From positions 64,482,001-64,546,000 of the forward strand of contig CM052817.1 of the NCBI GenBank assembly GCA_028534125.1: a stretch of 64,000 nt of DNA, written 5' to 3'. The position numbers were made by a program, and so were the translations under genes. Below, piece by piece: positions 1 to 11,845 of this stretch (the stretch's first letter is position 1; each line of letters begins with the position of its first letter). Source of the stretch: Lama glama (taxonomy: Eukaryota). A model generated the notes under the pieces. It made no database searches. It was not told the DNA's origin and saw only the letters and a list, made by a program, of their open reading frames with translations.

Positions 1-2610
1 ACTTTTTTGGTTCTTTCACATGAAATGAGTTGTTTGCCCATCAGGAAGCCAAAGACAGAGATCAAGAGGGCAGCTGCAGACTTGATCTGTGAAGAATCAT
101 GAATCTAGGTGCAGTATGACCAGTAAACACCTCCCCAGCATCTGGGGCTCATACAAGGGGACACAGATAACCTCATGGGTGCTCTATGAGAAGAGCTTAC
201 ACTAGTATTTATGATGTTAAAGAATGTCTTTTCCATGCTCTACGGGACACTTCTGCTCGCCTGACGAGCTGGGGATTGTCACGTATGATGGTGTCTGCCC
301 GTGTAAACACAGATGGGCTTGTGCTGGTCCCCATGTTGTGCCTTTTCAGACTGACCTCTTCTTTGCCTCCTGGACGCTGACCAAATGGAGAAATGTGGAT
401 ACAGCTCAGTGGCTCTCACCTTGACTCTGCTATTTGGGACCAGAGAGGTCTAGATTTTAAGACTATTCCTGTATGTTAAAATATATATATTAGGTTTGTT
501 ATTTTTTGTTAGTTTTCATACCTTTTTCTACTCATGTTTCCATATTGTCAATAGACCCTAAGTGTCAAACCGGGCATATTTTTAAAACAGGCTTTGTAAA
601 TAGGTCATGAGAGGCAGTCAAGCAAAACGTTACTAACTCACAGTCACTGAAAGTAATATTTCAAAGAATAATTGATTCAAAGTGCTTCCTTCCTGAGCTG
701 GCAAAGGCTGAGGTGATGGTGAGGGATGTCTAACGTGCCAAATTCACAAAGGACATTTAGGACGGCAATCCCACCCTGCCCTCCCTCGCATGCTCTGACT
801 TCCACGGAGGATGGGCCTTTCCCTGTACGGCCTTGCTTTATCTGAAGGTGTGTCATGTAATTTTGTTTCTCAGTTTTCCAGTTAGAATAGAGGAAGCAAG
901 TGAATAAACTGTCAATGAAGGGGGAAAAGGAGGTAAGAGAAAATGTAAAAGAAATCATGAGGAATATTAAAACACAAAATAAAACAAACTAAACCTTACC
1001 TCTTCTCTCAAACACTGCAGCGTAGAAGCGGCCTCTGAACCACTGCCTCAGCCAGGCACACGCACCTACCAGGACCTCAGCCTCCCAGGCAAGGAAACTC
1101 CTCACACACTTTCGGAAACAGTGGCTGTCCCTGAACCAAAGGAGTTTTGTAATAAAACTGTCCCTTGTCCATGTGAAACTGAGGAAAAAGAGAGCAATGC
1201 AGTTAAGCTTTTATGAAGCTAAAATTGAAATAACTTTTATTCTGGTGTTATCTCCTTTCTCAATTTATGGTGGTAAAATGTTCTTTTTTTACCTTATGGA
1301 GATGGTAGATGCTGGTTGCTTTTTCTGTTTGTTTTTAGGGGGGGTTCTTGCTAATCACTTTTAAACTTCCAAGGGTGAAATACGGTATTCAGGATCTTCT
1401 AAACTTGCCTGACTAAACAACTCTTTACTGAAAAGCACCTAATAGAAACTATTTTTCCATTTTTTTTTCTATTTGCCTATTAACTATTTTTGCTAGTTGC
1501 TTTTATTTTGCCCCATCTGACAAAATTAAAAGTTTGGAAACTCCCCTCCCCAATTTTAGAATTCTACATCTTACTGACCCATGAAATACAATAACCTGAG
1601 AAACATTGTTCGAAAATGTTTGCCAAAGGTGCACCACGGGAAGTTAAATCCACTGTCAATAAAATGTGTTCAAAACAGATATCATTATGGTTAAAATGTA
1701 CTTCAAATGAATATTAAAAAACAAAACAAAACAGTGGAGCAGAACAGCAGGTGTAAAAATAATCCTTTTAAATTGCAAATAATGTGCAAATGTCACTCCA
1801 GACTGCTGGCTTCATAAATCTTTTTCTTGCTTTAGTAGTTTTAACAATCATCCTTAAAAAAAAAAAAAAAAAAAAAAACAAACAGTTTACTTTTATTTCA
1901 ACAACTTCAATAAAGTCAAAGCAACATACTAATGCAATGTCTAAAATTTTTCATTCCTGTGGTCAGAAAAATTATTTTACCCACAAATGGAATAATGTCA
2001 GTAACAGCTTAAGTCTCTCTATCTCCCTTCTAACATATTTTAGGATTCAAGTCTACCTTACTAAAAACTTGTAAGCCCATTTACTTGCATCTCTTGCTCT
2101 CTGTACAAATTTCTAAGACAGTGGATGATGGTATTGTACCATAATTCCAAAATTTCTTGGTGCAGCATTTCTCAACAATGTTTCTATTAAGTGCTTTCAG
2201 TAAAAGAGTTGTACAGTCAAGCAAGTTTAGAAAATCCTGAATAATGTATTTTTCCCTTGGAAATTCATAATACACATTGGCACATTAAAGGTTCTAAGAA
2301 GTCCTGCACTAAAGAAACCTCTTTAACTTGGTTTAATTGAATTTTCCCAAACTTTCTTTAAAATTTAACATTCATGGATGAAACACACTATGGGAAACAA
2401 TGATCTAATACAAGCTACTTAACTGGTTGAAAAACTAGGACCAGAGAAATGCTTAGAGATTCATTCAGGATTGCCCAAGAAAGTTTTAGCAGTCGGGACC
2501 AGAAAGCCAGGTTCCCCAGATTCCAATACAGGGTGCTTTCTATTACGGCCTGCTGCCTTTGTTTTGCTTCATAAAAACTCTGGAAATTATTATGGAAAGC
2601 CTATAGAAAA

Positions 2611-2873
2611 TGAAATATAACCATGAAAGGTCAAAGAGAGGACAGTGGCCCCATTCCAGGGAACCCCACCCCTTCCCCAAAGTAGTTGGAATAATCCTCT
2701 CAGTTGTTAGCATATAAAAACTAGCAGCACCACACCTCTAGGTCGCTCTCTCTCTCCCTCTCCTGCCTTCAGAGACAGAGATGGGCCCACACTCTGTCTA
2801 TGGAGCGTGTCTACCTTTACTTTAATTCCCCATTGTGCCCCCACCGCCCATGTACATCTCTCTAAATAAATCT
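2611..2873 (+). mobile_element. Partial ERV1 (MER41-like) LTR
   Basis: Colinear similarity to 5885-6100 (ccatgaaaggtcaaa, agtagttg.aataatcctc, ctctgtctatg). AATAAA at 2865-2870. Confidence 0.7.
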
Positions 2874-3040
2874 GGAAAGAAAAGAAAGAAAAGAAAGAAA
2901 AGAAAGAAAGAAAAGAAAGAAAGAAAAGAAAGAAAGAAAGAAAGAGAGGGAGGAAGGAAGGAAGGAAGGGAGCAAGGAAGGAAGGGAGGAAGGAAGGGGA
3001 AAGGAGGGAAGGAAGAAAGGAAGGAAGGAAGGAAGGAAGA
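2874..3040 (+). repeat. (GAAA)n/(GGAA)n polypurine microsatellite
   Basis: Directly visible tandem purine repeats. Confidence 0.95.
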
Positions 3041-3379
3041 ACCCAAGTGAATACAAAGTGCATGTTCTTAGCAATTTCCATTCCTTTCCAGTTGATGTTA
3101 TCAGAACTTTTTAAAAAACTTGGAGGTATGTGCATAAATAAGGAAGAAGGAAGGCTTATATTTAGTGAATGTTGTTTGGAAATTGCTTTTTTCTCAGGTT
3201 ACTGTTATTGAGATCATGTTTGGATGTATGAAAGGTTGAGACAAAGATACTAGCTTCTAGGTAACACACCAAAGCCCTCTGTATCTAAGGATCAAGATAT
3301 AATGGGTTGTATGATATCACTCAAATGTGGAGTCTAAAAAAGGACACAAATGAACTTATTTACAAAACAGAAACAGATA

Positions 3380-3745
3380 TAATTAAGTGTACTAATCAGT
3401 TGACCTTAAGACAGAAAGGATCTTGTTGGGCCTAGCTGAAACACATTAGCCCTATAAAAGTATAGAGTTTTCTCCAGCTGGTAGTAGAAGTAGGAGTCAA
3501 AGAGATTCCAAATGTGTGAAGAATCTGACATGCCATTCCTGCCTTTGAAGATGGAGTGGACCATGTGGTGAAGAGTATGAACAGCCTCTGGGAGCTGAGA
3601 GCAGCCCCAGCTGACAGCCAGCAAGAAATGGGAACCACAGTTCTATAACCACAAGGAATAGAATGCTACCAACAACCTGAAAAGGTTGGAAGAGAATTAT
3701 TCTCCAGAACCTCTTAGATAAGAGCCCAGTCCAGGCTATACATGA
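3380..3745 (+). mobile_element. MaLR LTR (MLT1D/E-like)
   Basis: Hallmark cagctgacagccagcaagaaatgggaacc...aaccacaaggaa...accaacaacctga. Confidence 0.75.
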
Positions 3746-4199
3746 GCTCTTTAAAAATACGTTAAAGAAATCTCTACCAATTCTTATGCTATTGAGGTTT
3801 TTTCTTAAGTCAAAAATACATGCTAAATTTTGTAAAATGCCTGTATGCATCTATAGTGATATTTCTATCATTTCTCTCCTTTATCTATTAATCTGGTTAG
3901 TTATTGTTGTTGTCTTAGGGACTATAGTGTATTCCTGGAGTGCATAGACTATTAATGAACAATGTGCTACTGGATCTAACTACCCTATATGGGACAACTT
4001 GGGTAAACTTACAGAGAAAGCTAATCTCACTTCAGTCTCCTATAGGAAAGCTCTTAAGGCACAAGCAGGTTGCTAAGGTTATTTTATCATCTTTTTGTGT
4101 TTTTCTACTGCAGAATACATTATAATACTGTGTTCATTACAGATGTGGAAGAGTAATATAATCAACCAGCAGGGCTGTCCATAATAATAATACCTCAAA

Positions 4200-4712
4200 T
4201 ATAGTAGCCTTCCCCCAAGTTGGCTGCCAGTGATCCCTGCCTCCTTGCATTCATCACTTTAGATAGCGCCCCCACCCCCATATTAGGTAGCCATAGGATA
4301 ATGCAAAAATAATAGAGCGTGACTTCTAAGCCTAAGTCATAACAGATGTTGTGCTTGCACCTTCTGTCTTGTTCGCTCTTGGATCACTTGCTCTAGGGGA
4401 AGGCAGCTGCATGTTGTGGGGTCACCCAAGCAGCCCTATGGAGAGGCTGACTTGGTGAGGGACTAAAGTCTCCTGCCAACAGCCATGTGAATGAACCATC
4501 TTGGCAACGGATCCTCTGATCCCAGTGAAATTTCAGATGACCACAGCCACAGTCAGTATTTTGCCTGCAACCTCATGAGACATCCCAAGCTGAACCATCC
4601 AGTAATCCACTCCTTTACTCCTGACCCACAGAAATTGTACAGTAAGAAATGTTTGCTTTTTAAGTCACTACGTTTTGGGGTCATTTTTTACTCAATAGAT
4701 AACTAATATACC
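4200..4712 (+). mobile_element. MaLR LTR (MLT1F-like)
   Basis: Hallmark cctgccaacagccatgtgaatga; 3' end ...ttttgggg...aatagataactaata. Confidence 0.7.
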
Positions 4713-5289
4713 AAGTTTCATATACTTTTCCCTCAGCAGAATTGCAGAAGTACCTCTTTAAAACATTTCTCTCCCAATAATGGATCTTTTTCATTATTTT
4801 AACCGTAAGATCATTGCCTCTCACCTAGACTATGAAAGTGAGAGTTCTTCCTGAATGAGGATCTGCCCTCACCATTTGCCTAATGACTCTTTTCCCAAAT
4901 AATGATCAACCAGTGGGAAAAACCTAGTCCAGAAAAAAATCATCCAGAAACCTCAATCTTAGTATACTTATCTTCCCATGAGCATCTCTTTTCTCCGCTC
5001 TGTCAGGACACAAGTATAATGTGAATAAGTTGTTATAGAAAGGAGCAAACGTGCCATTATCCTTCATTCTGAGACATAGTTATACTCTAAAGCATTTATC
5101 CCAGTCTTTCAGAATAACCTAGAGTTTTGTAAAATACAAGCCCTAGGCCTAAGCCTCACTCTAAATGTTCTAATTCAGTATGTTTGAAATGAGACCCAGG
5201 AGTCAATGGATTTTTTAAATTGCTATATTATTCTGATGATCAACCTTTCTTTATTTGTTTTTCTGCTAATAAAACCTTACAACTTTTTA

Positions 5290-6560
5290 AAATTATTCTT
5301 ATCTGTCTCTTCCCTCTGGAATATAAGCTCTATGAAGGAAGATATTTTTGTCTATTTTGTTCACTGATATATCCCTAGCAACCAGTACTATGCCTGGCAC
5401 ACAGTAGGTGATCAATAAATGTTGAATAAATGAACAACAATTTTAGAAGTTGATGAGCAGTATAGAAAGAAATAGATCCGGGTGAGGAAGATCGGGACTG
5501 CAACATGGGCTATTTACAATGTAAAGAGTTATAGTAGAGTAGACTTCATTGAGAAATGACATGAGGATGTGAAGGAATGTGTCCTGTGAACATCTGGAGG
5601 AAGTGGGTCCCAGGCAAAGGAAAAAGCAGTGCAAAGACCTTGAGACTGGGAAAGTCCAGAAACATCAAGGAGACCAGAGTGGCTGAACTGAAATTGAAAC
5701 CTGAGGGAAAAAGCCCACAGCAATTACACTGACCTGGTGGAAAATTCAACTCCCAATAGATCCTGAGGCCCAAGATGGCAGGAGATTTGACTTCCAGTAG
5801 ACCTTGAGCTTCATTATATGCTCATTGTAATACATTAGCATGGGAAATGACACTCCCACTGGTGCCGTGACAGTTCAGAGGCTGACCATGAAAGGTCAAA
5901 AAGTGGGCGGTGGCCCAATTCTGGGGAATCACAGCCCCTTCCTCAAAGTAGTTGAAATAATCCTCCCATTTATTAGCATATGAAATAACTGAACCCATAA
6001 AAACGAGCAACACTGCCTCTTGGCCTCTATCCCTCACCTTTGGAGATGGCCCACTCTCTGTCTATGCAGTGTGTACCTCTCTGAAGAAATCTACCTTTAC
6101 TCAACTATGGCTCATTCATATTCTTTCCTAAGCCAAGCCACTTGATGGGGCACATCCCAGGGACTTGCCTGGGTCCTGGGACACGGCCATCCTCTCATGA
6201 CACATTTTTCCTGTATCAAAATGAACAAGGAGAGGGCCAAGCGAAAACCAGAGAAGTAAATGGGACCAGTTCACATATGGACTCATAGATATGAAAGAAT
6301 TTTGGCTTTTATCTTAAGAAATGAAGAGCTATTGCAATGTTTGGAACAAAAGCACTGCATTTTAAAAGGATCATTCTGGCTGTTTGTGCTGAGAAGAGAA
6401 TGCAGAGGAGCAAGGATGGAAGTAGGAAGACAAGTAGAAGCTGAGGGAAGCCTTACTAAAGTGACTTCAAGCAAAAATTGGAAGAAAGAAATTGGATACA
6501 GTGAGTATACATCTTTCTGAGATTTGCTGCAAACGGGAACAGAGAAACGATTCAAGCAAA
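5290..6560. mobile_element. L2 fragments (interrupted by the LTR at 5695-6218)
   Basis: L2 3' end motif tgcctggcacacagtagg...aataaatg.tgaataaatgaa and L2 internal purine-rich motifs that rejoin across the LTR. Confidence 0.6.
5695..6218 (+). mobile_element. Complete ERV1 solo LTR (MER41-like), 524 bp
   Basis: TG...CA termini; 4-bp target-site duplication AAAT (5691-5694 and 6219-6222); cattagcat...gacactcccac...gacagtt block recalled from MER41. Confidence 0.8.
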
Positions 6561-7175
6561 AATTTTATGTTTTAAGATGGTAAACATAATAGCGTAGTAT
6601 TTGTATGCTAATGGAAATGACCCAATAGGAAAAAAAGCATGGGGGTTCCAAAACCTGGGATTCTAAACTCTGGAAGAGACAGGAACCAGTGGAAGAGTGA
6701 AGAGAAGAGCAGGAAAAATACAAGGGGCTGTTGAAGAACAAGACTTGTAGATTCTAGCTTCAAATTCTAGCTACCAAAAAAACCCCGATTCCCTTTGGAA
6801 CGTTTGAGAGTAGGGTGGTTTGTCTCCATCCCCTTCCACGTAACAAATGTGACAATTATGTGTCAGGAGAGAATAGTTTCCCACAGAAGTGAGAGACAGT
6901 TTGTCAACTTTTACTCTAAACTCCAGGGGGATGGTGGGTCCCCTAGTTTACATTACCACCATTTCCTCCTTCAGTTCTTGATTTCATTCTCTGGTAAACC
7001 AGATGTGATTTATCTTAAGTTTTAAATCCTACCTCTCCAGCCCCTGAGGCATATTCACTCATCAAGGCGCTGCTGCCCGCTGGCTCTCTTTATGTGCAAA
7101 TACCACAGTAGAATTAAATGGGTGGGCTATTTGCCTGAAGATCTTTCCATGAGAGAAAGCTGTGACCATCTAGAT

Positions 7176-7386
7176 CAGGGTTTCTTAATTGCCACAGGAT
7201 GATCTTTTCTGTTGGGTAATTCTTCACGGCCGTGAGTGCTGTCTGGTGAGGTGTAGGGTGTTGAGCAACACTGTTGGCCTTTACCCACCTTCATCTCTCT
7301 CTTACCTCCTGCCCAAAAAAAATGTCTCCAGACACTGTCAAATGTCCCCTTGGGGACAGAAACTGCCCCTCAGTTGAGAACCACTG
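7176..7386 (-). mobile_element. MER20 (hAT-Charlie) DNA transposon
   Basis: aaaatgtctccagaca...aaatgtccc...gttgagaaccactg; 8-bp target-site duplication ATCTAGAT/ATGTAGAT. Confidence 0.8.
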
Positions 7387-7789
7387 ATGTAGATGTATAA
7401 TTTCTCAATACCTTGTTACTAGATCCTGGTGGTGTCAGTGGGATAAAGCTGGGGATTTGTTACCTATATCTTTATTCTGTGCCTTTGTCATAGACAATCA
7501 TTAGATTAACCCTCCACCTCTTACCACTATTCTCAAAATGAACGGTAACTTCACCAAAAACTGGTACCTTTCTACACATGACTGGACCAGGGAGAATGAA
7601 GGAATAATAGGCAAGCTATGGAAACTTAAAATACCATTGGTGAGATTTTGCTATCCCAATAGGCTTTTCAAAATATTTGCTCAAGCACTATAAAGGGATT
7701 TTTTTTCCCTATCAACTGATTGCTTATAACCTAAAATTGGTCTTCTCTGCATTGGGTCTATAAATATATATCACTTTGAGGTATCAAAA

Positions 7790-9090
7790 AAAACATCAGG
7801 ACCAGAAGAGCCCAATCAAGCTTGAGAAAAACATATTTGAATCCAAGACTTAGTGCAAAGTTACAGTAGTTAAGACCGTGTGGGATTGGTACAAGGATAC
7901 ACAAATAGAACAATGGAACAGAATGGAGCAATGGAACAGAAAAAGACCCAGTTAATGACAGATATCAATGTAAGGCTATAAGAGAATGAATGGCTTTTCA
8001 ATAAGGAGTATTGGAATATTTGTATATTTTATGGAACAAAATGAAACTTGACCCCTACCAAATATGACATACAAAATTTCATTTGAGATATCACAGTTTT
8101 AAATGTGTAAAACAATAAAGCTTTTAGAATAAAACAGGAAAATTTCCTCAAGACAGTCAAATAGAACATAAAAAACACTAACCATAAAAGACTGACTTCA
8201 TTAAAATTAAGAACTATATTCATCAAAAGACACACTTAAGCAAGTAAAAAGGCAAATCACAGACTAAGAAATTTTCATGGTACATAAATCCAACAAAAGA
8301 CTCATTTCTAAATCAGTAAGAAAATGACAATAATTCTATTTTTTTTTAATTGGCAAAAGACCTGAAGAGGTCTGTCACAAAAGAGACTATTCAAATGCCC
8401 AAGAAGCCTATGAAAAGGTGTTTAATTATTTGTCACAGAAATAATAATTAAAATGAGATAACACACTTACCAGAATCACTAAAATTAAAAAGATTGTCAA
8501 TATTGAGAAATAATGAGGATGTGAAGCAACAGTTGAAACTATTGTATATTACTTATGTGAAAGTGAATTAGTTCAAGCACGTGGGAAAACAGTTTGGCAA
8601 CAGAAAAACAGATGATACTATGCAGTAAAATGAAAGATATGTCTACTCTACGATCCAGCAGTTCTACTCCTAGATACATACCCATGAGAAGTGAGTATAC
8701 ATCTCTGCCAAAACATAAGTTTTAAAAATGTTCACAGCAGCATCATTCATAACAGTCAAAACCTAGAAGCTATCCAAACGTGCATCAATAGAAGAATGAA
8801 TCAATGGTAGAGTCTCACAGTGGAGTAATACATAGTAATTAAATTTTAAAAAATCCCAAAACATATTGATACAGATGAATGTTACAGACATCATATTAAG
8901 TGAAAGCAGTCACAACAGTACATACCAATGATCTATTTACTTATATGAAGTTTAAGATCAAGCAAAACTAATAATGATAAAAGTCAGAATAGTGGTTATC
9001 TTTTAAGGGTGGTGTTGACAAGAAAAGGGCATGAGGAAACCTTCTGGAGAGAGCAAATGCTCTACAGATTTATATGGCTAGTGGTTTCAT
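7790..9090 (+). mobile_element. Old L1 (L1M) ORF2 3' end and 3' UTR
   Basis: Degenerate L1 motifs (caatggaacagaat, ttttcaataa, aattggcaaaagac, gatccagcagttctactcctag). Confidence 0.8.
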
Positions 9091-10929
9091 GGGTCCCCTA
9101 CTGCCTACAGAGAGCTCTTTTGAGGAGTTTTGCCGCCAAGCAGAGAATCAAGGCAGAAGCTGGCAGAGAAGGCAGGGTTAAGAGAAGTTTCCTAAGGGAT
9201 GGGGAAATAACATACGTACATGCTGACAGGAACAAGTAAGTAGTGAGGGACACTGATGACGGAGAGAGAATGCTGCAGTAATGTCCCTGAGCAAGGTGGG
9301 AGAGGGTGAGATAGTCTGCCTACGTGGAGGAAAGGGAGGTTCTATAGGAGCAGATTAAGATGCCAGAATACATGAGAGTGATCGTACAGACTGTATAGTG
9401 TAGATGTGGTGATGAGAACCTTTCACTTAATATGTCTGTGATATTCATCTGTATCAATGTTTTGGGTTTTGTTTTTAATTTAATTACTACATAGTACTCC
9501 ACTGTGAAGAAGTTCTTTTCTGATTGTTTCTAATTTCTCAGAGAATTAGGAAGCAAAAGTGGCAGAGTGAGGACAGAGGAAGTGACTTGCAAGTGTGAGA
9601 AAAGAGAAGTGTGAAATAACCAAGAGAACAGCCCAGTGAAGGGACCAGGGATCTATACTTCAACCATGAGGTATCACTGAGACCCACCTGATGTTGGGGC
9701 GATGAATTTAGGTAGTGTAGTTGTGTTCTTCTCCAGCTATGTCCAGGCACCTGAGAGGTGGAGCATGGATTTAACCAACTTCGCAGTTTTGCCATAGAAA
9801 GTGTCAGATTTGTGAGTGAGATCAGGTACACCTGGGAAATTTATTTTTACCAGGTGGGGCATCATTGCTGCGAGTAAAACTAAGAAATGTTCTTAAATAT
9901 TTTTAAATGACTTCATATTAATGTTTATAAACAATTAATAAACAGGAATCTTTCTAAACTTTTGGGTTTATATTTGTGTATCTCTTCTCTGACACCGAAA
10001 ATCCTGGGTCCTGGTAATTCTATTACGATCAGCAATACAATTACCTCATGAAGTTTTAAGATTACTTTGCAGTTCTTTTGGTTCTTAGAACATATCCCAC
10101 TAAGAACATACAAATGGTATATTCAGCGTTCACTTGAAATAATTATTTTCTCTGTATAGATTCTACCAATATGAAATAAAAATAGGTCTTTGAATTGTTG
10201 GAGTTAAATTTGGATTTTTACACCTTATATTCCTTCTAGATTTAATGTATAAAATACATTGGTAAGAGAAAATCAAAACTATATAAAAAGTTATACTCAG
10301 AGAAGTCTTCTTTCCATCTTCCTGCCCCCATGTCCTCTTCACCCTTTATAGGTAACCGGTAAAGAATTAAACATTTATTCTGCCTTTGGGGAAGAACTAT
10401 AATTTATCTCCTGTTGATGAGGGAAAATTCTTCTTTATAGAAAAATGTCAGCTAATAAATGTAGAAGGAATTATTTAACTGGAAAAATCTTTCTGCAATT
10501 CTTAATGAAATAATTCAGACAGGATGTTAAAACCATTGGGTAAAAGGTTGTTGAAGATGATATTGGCATTGAACCAAATATCACCCCACAGATTAATTTC
10601 TTATTGCAAAGGAAAAACATATCTTAAAATTGATTGATCTGGCATCATCATCTTAGGCAAGTGATAAACATTATGTGCTCACTGATGGGATGCAATATTA
10701 AATACACAGCATTAACCATGAAGCATTCTTGCCAAAAAAGATGAATATGTTTCGAGCTAAACCTTTGAGCTAAACCTCCAGTTAATGGGAATATGGGAGC
10801 TAAAAGAACAAGTTAAACAATCAGACGTCCAGAATGTGGGCCATCCTACAAGAAAGCTGATCTAAGTGGCAGAGCTGTTCTTGGTTAAGAGACTAAATTT
10901 AAAGACTAAATTTTAAAATGACATGATTC

Positions 10930-11620
10930 ACAAACAGCAAAGTATTCACAGCAGGTACACAAAGTGCAACACTTCATGATATTAAGTAACTTATTATCAC
11001 CCTTATATTTGTATATAGATAATTGTAGAAATAACAAGTGATGAGTGAAGTGTGTTACTGATTCTTTACATCAGCAACAAGATGGGTGTTGAACATTGAG
11101 TTTTATTTATATAAGCCATTTAATAATATTTCATTAAAGTTTCAAAAAATTAAGTTATTTTATTTAAATTTTATTTTAAATTAAGACAATTATGTTCATA
11201 TTTTGTCTTTCAATTTATCAATAATTTTGAATATTTTAAGACAACTTTTTGAAATAAAATAATTTTTAATATTTAATTTCCTTTTTTGATTAAATATATT
11301 TAAATATTATACACTTGGAATATTTTTTATACTTTATATTACTGCCAACAGATGTTATGAGAAAATTCTTATAAGAATGTAATTAATGATTTTGTTAGAA
11401 TGAAAGCAAGACAAATGGGAAAATTTCTTCAGAATAAAGACTAAAAGATAAGATAAAAACAATGGAAGAATATTCAAATATATATAGAACAGCAAAAATT
11501 AGCAGTGTTCCTGAACAACAACAACATATATTTTTATCACTCAACCAAACATTGCTGTTGAACACCCAGATACGTGCAATAATTACATTCAGTCATTTTT
11601 GATTCTTGGTACTTTGTCAT
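10930..11620 (+). mobile_element. Possible hAT-Tip100-type DNA transposon remnant
   Basis: Very AT-rich block. About 11361-11417 reads ENSYKNVINDFVRMKARQM, resembling the C-terminus of the hAT dimerisation domain. Confidence 0.4.
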
Positions 11621-11631
11621 ATAAAAACATA

Positions 11632-11845
11632 ATGCTATTATGTACAGAATAGATGAACAACAAGGTCCTACTGTATAGGACAGGAAACTTATTCAATGGC
11701 TTGCAGTAACCTGTAATGAAAAAGAATATGAAAAAGTATATCTATTTATCTATATATCTATATCTGAACCACTATGCTGTGCATCAGAAACTAACACAAT
11801 ATTATAAATCAACCATACTTCAATTTTAAAAATGTTTAAAAAATA
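11632..11845 (+). mobile_element. L1 3'-terminal fragment (artiodactyl-type)
   Basis: aacaaggtcctactgtatag.acagg...gaaaaagaatatgaaaa...atacttcaat followed by an A-rich tail. Confidence 0.8.

Noticed and set aside
990..1140. Strong minus-strand donor GAG|GTAAGG near position 1000 in a GC-richer patch
   Set aside because: No supported acceptor, ORF or partner exon; an isolated splice motif is expected by chance.
2707..3135. ORFs rich in F/L/S/P or K/R/E/G
   Set aside because: They are translations of the GAAA/GGAA microsatellite.
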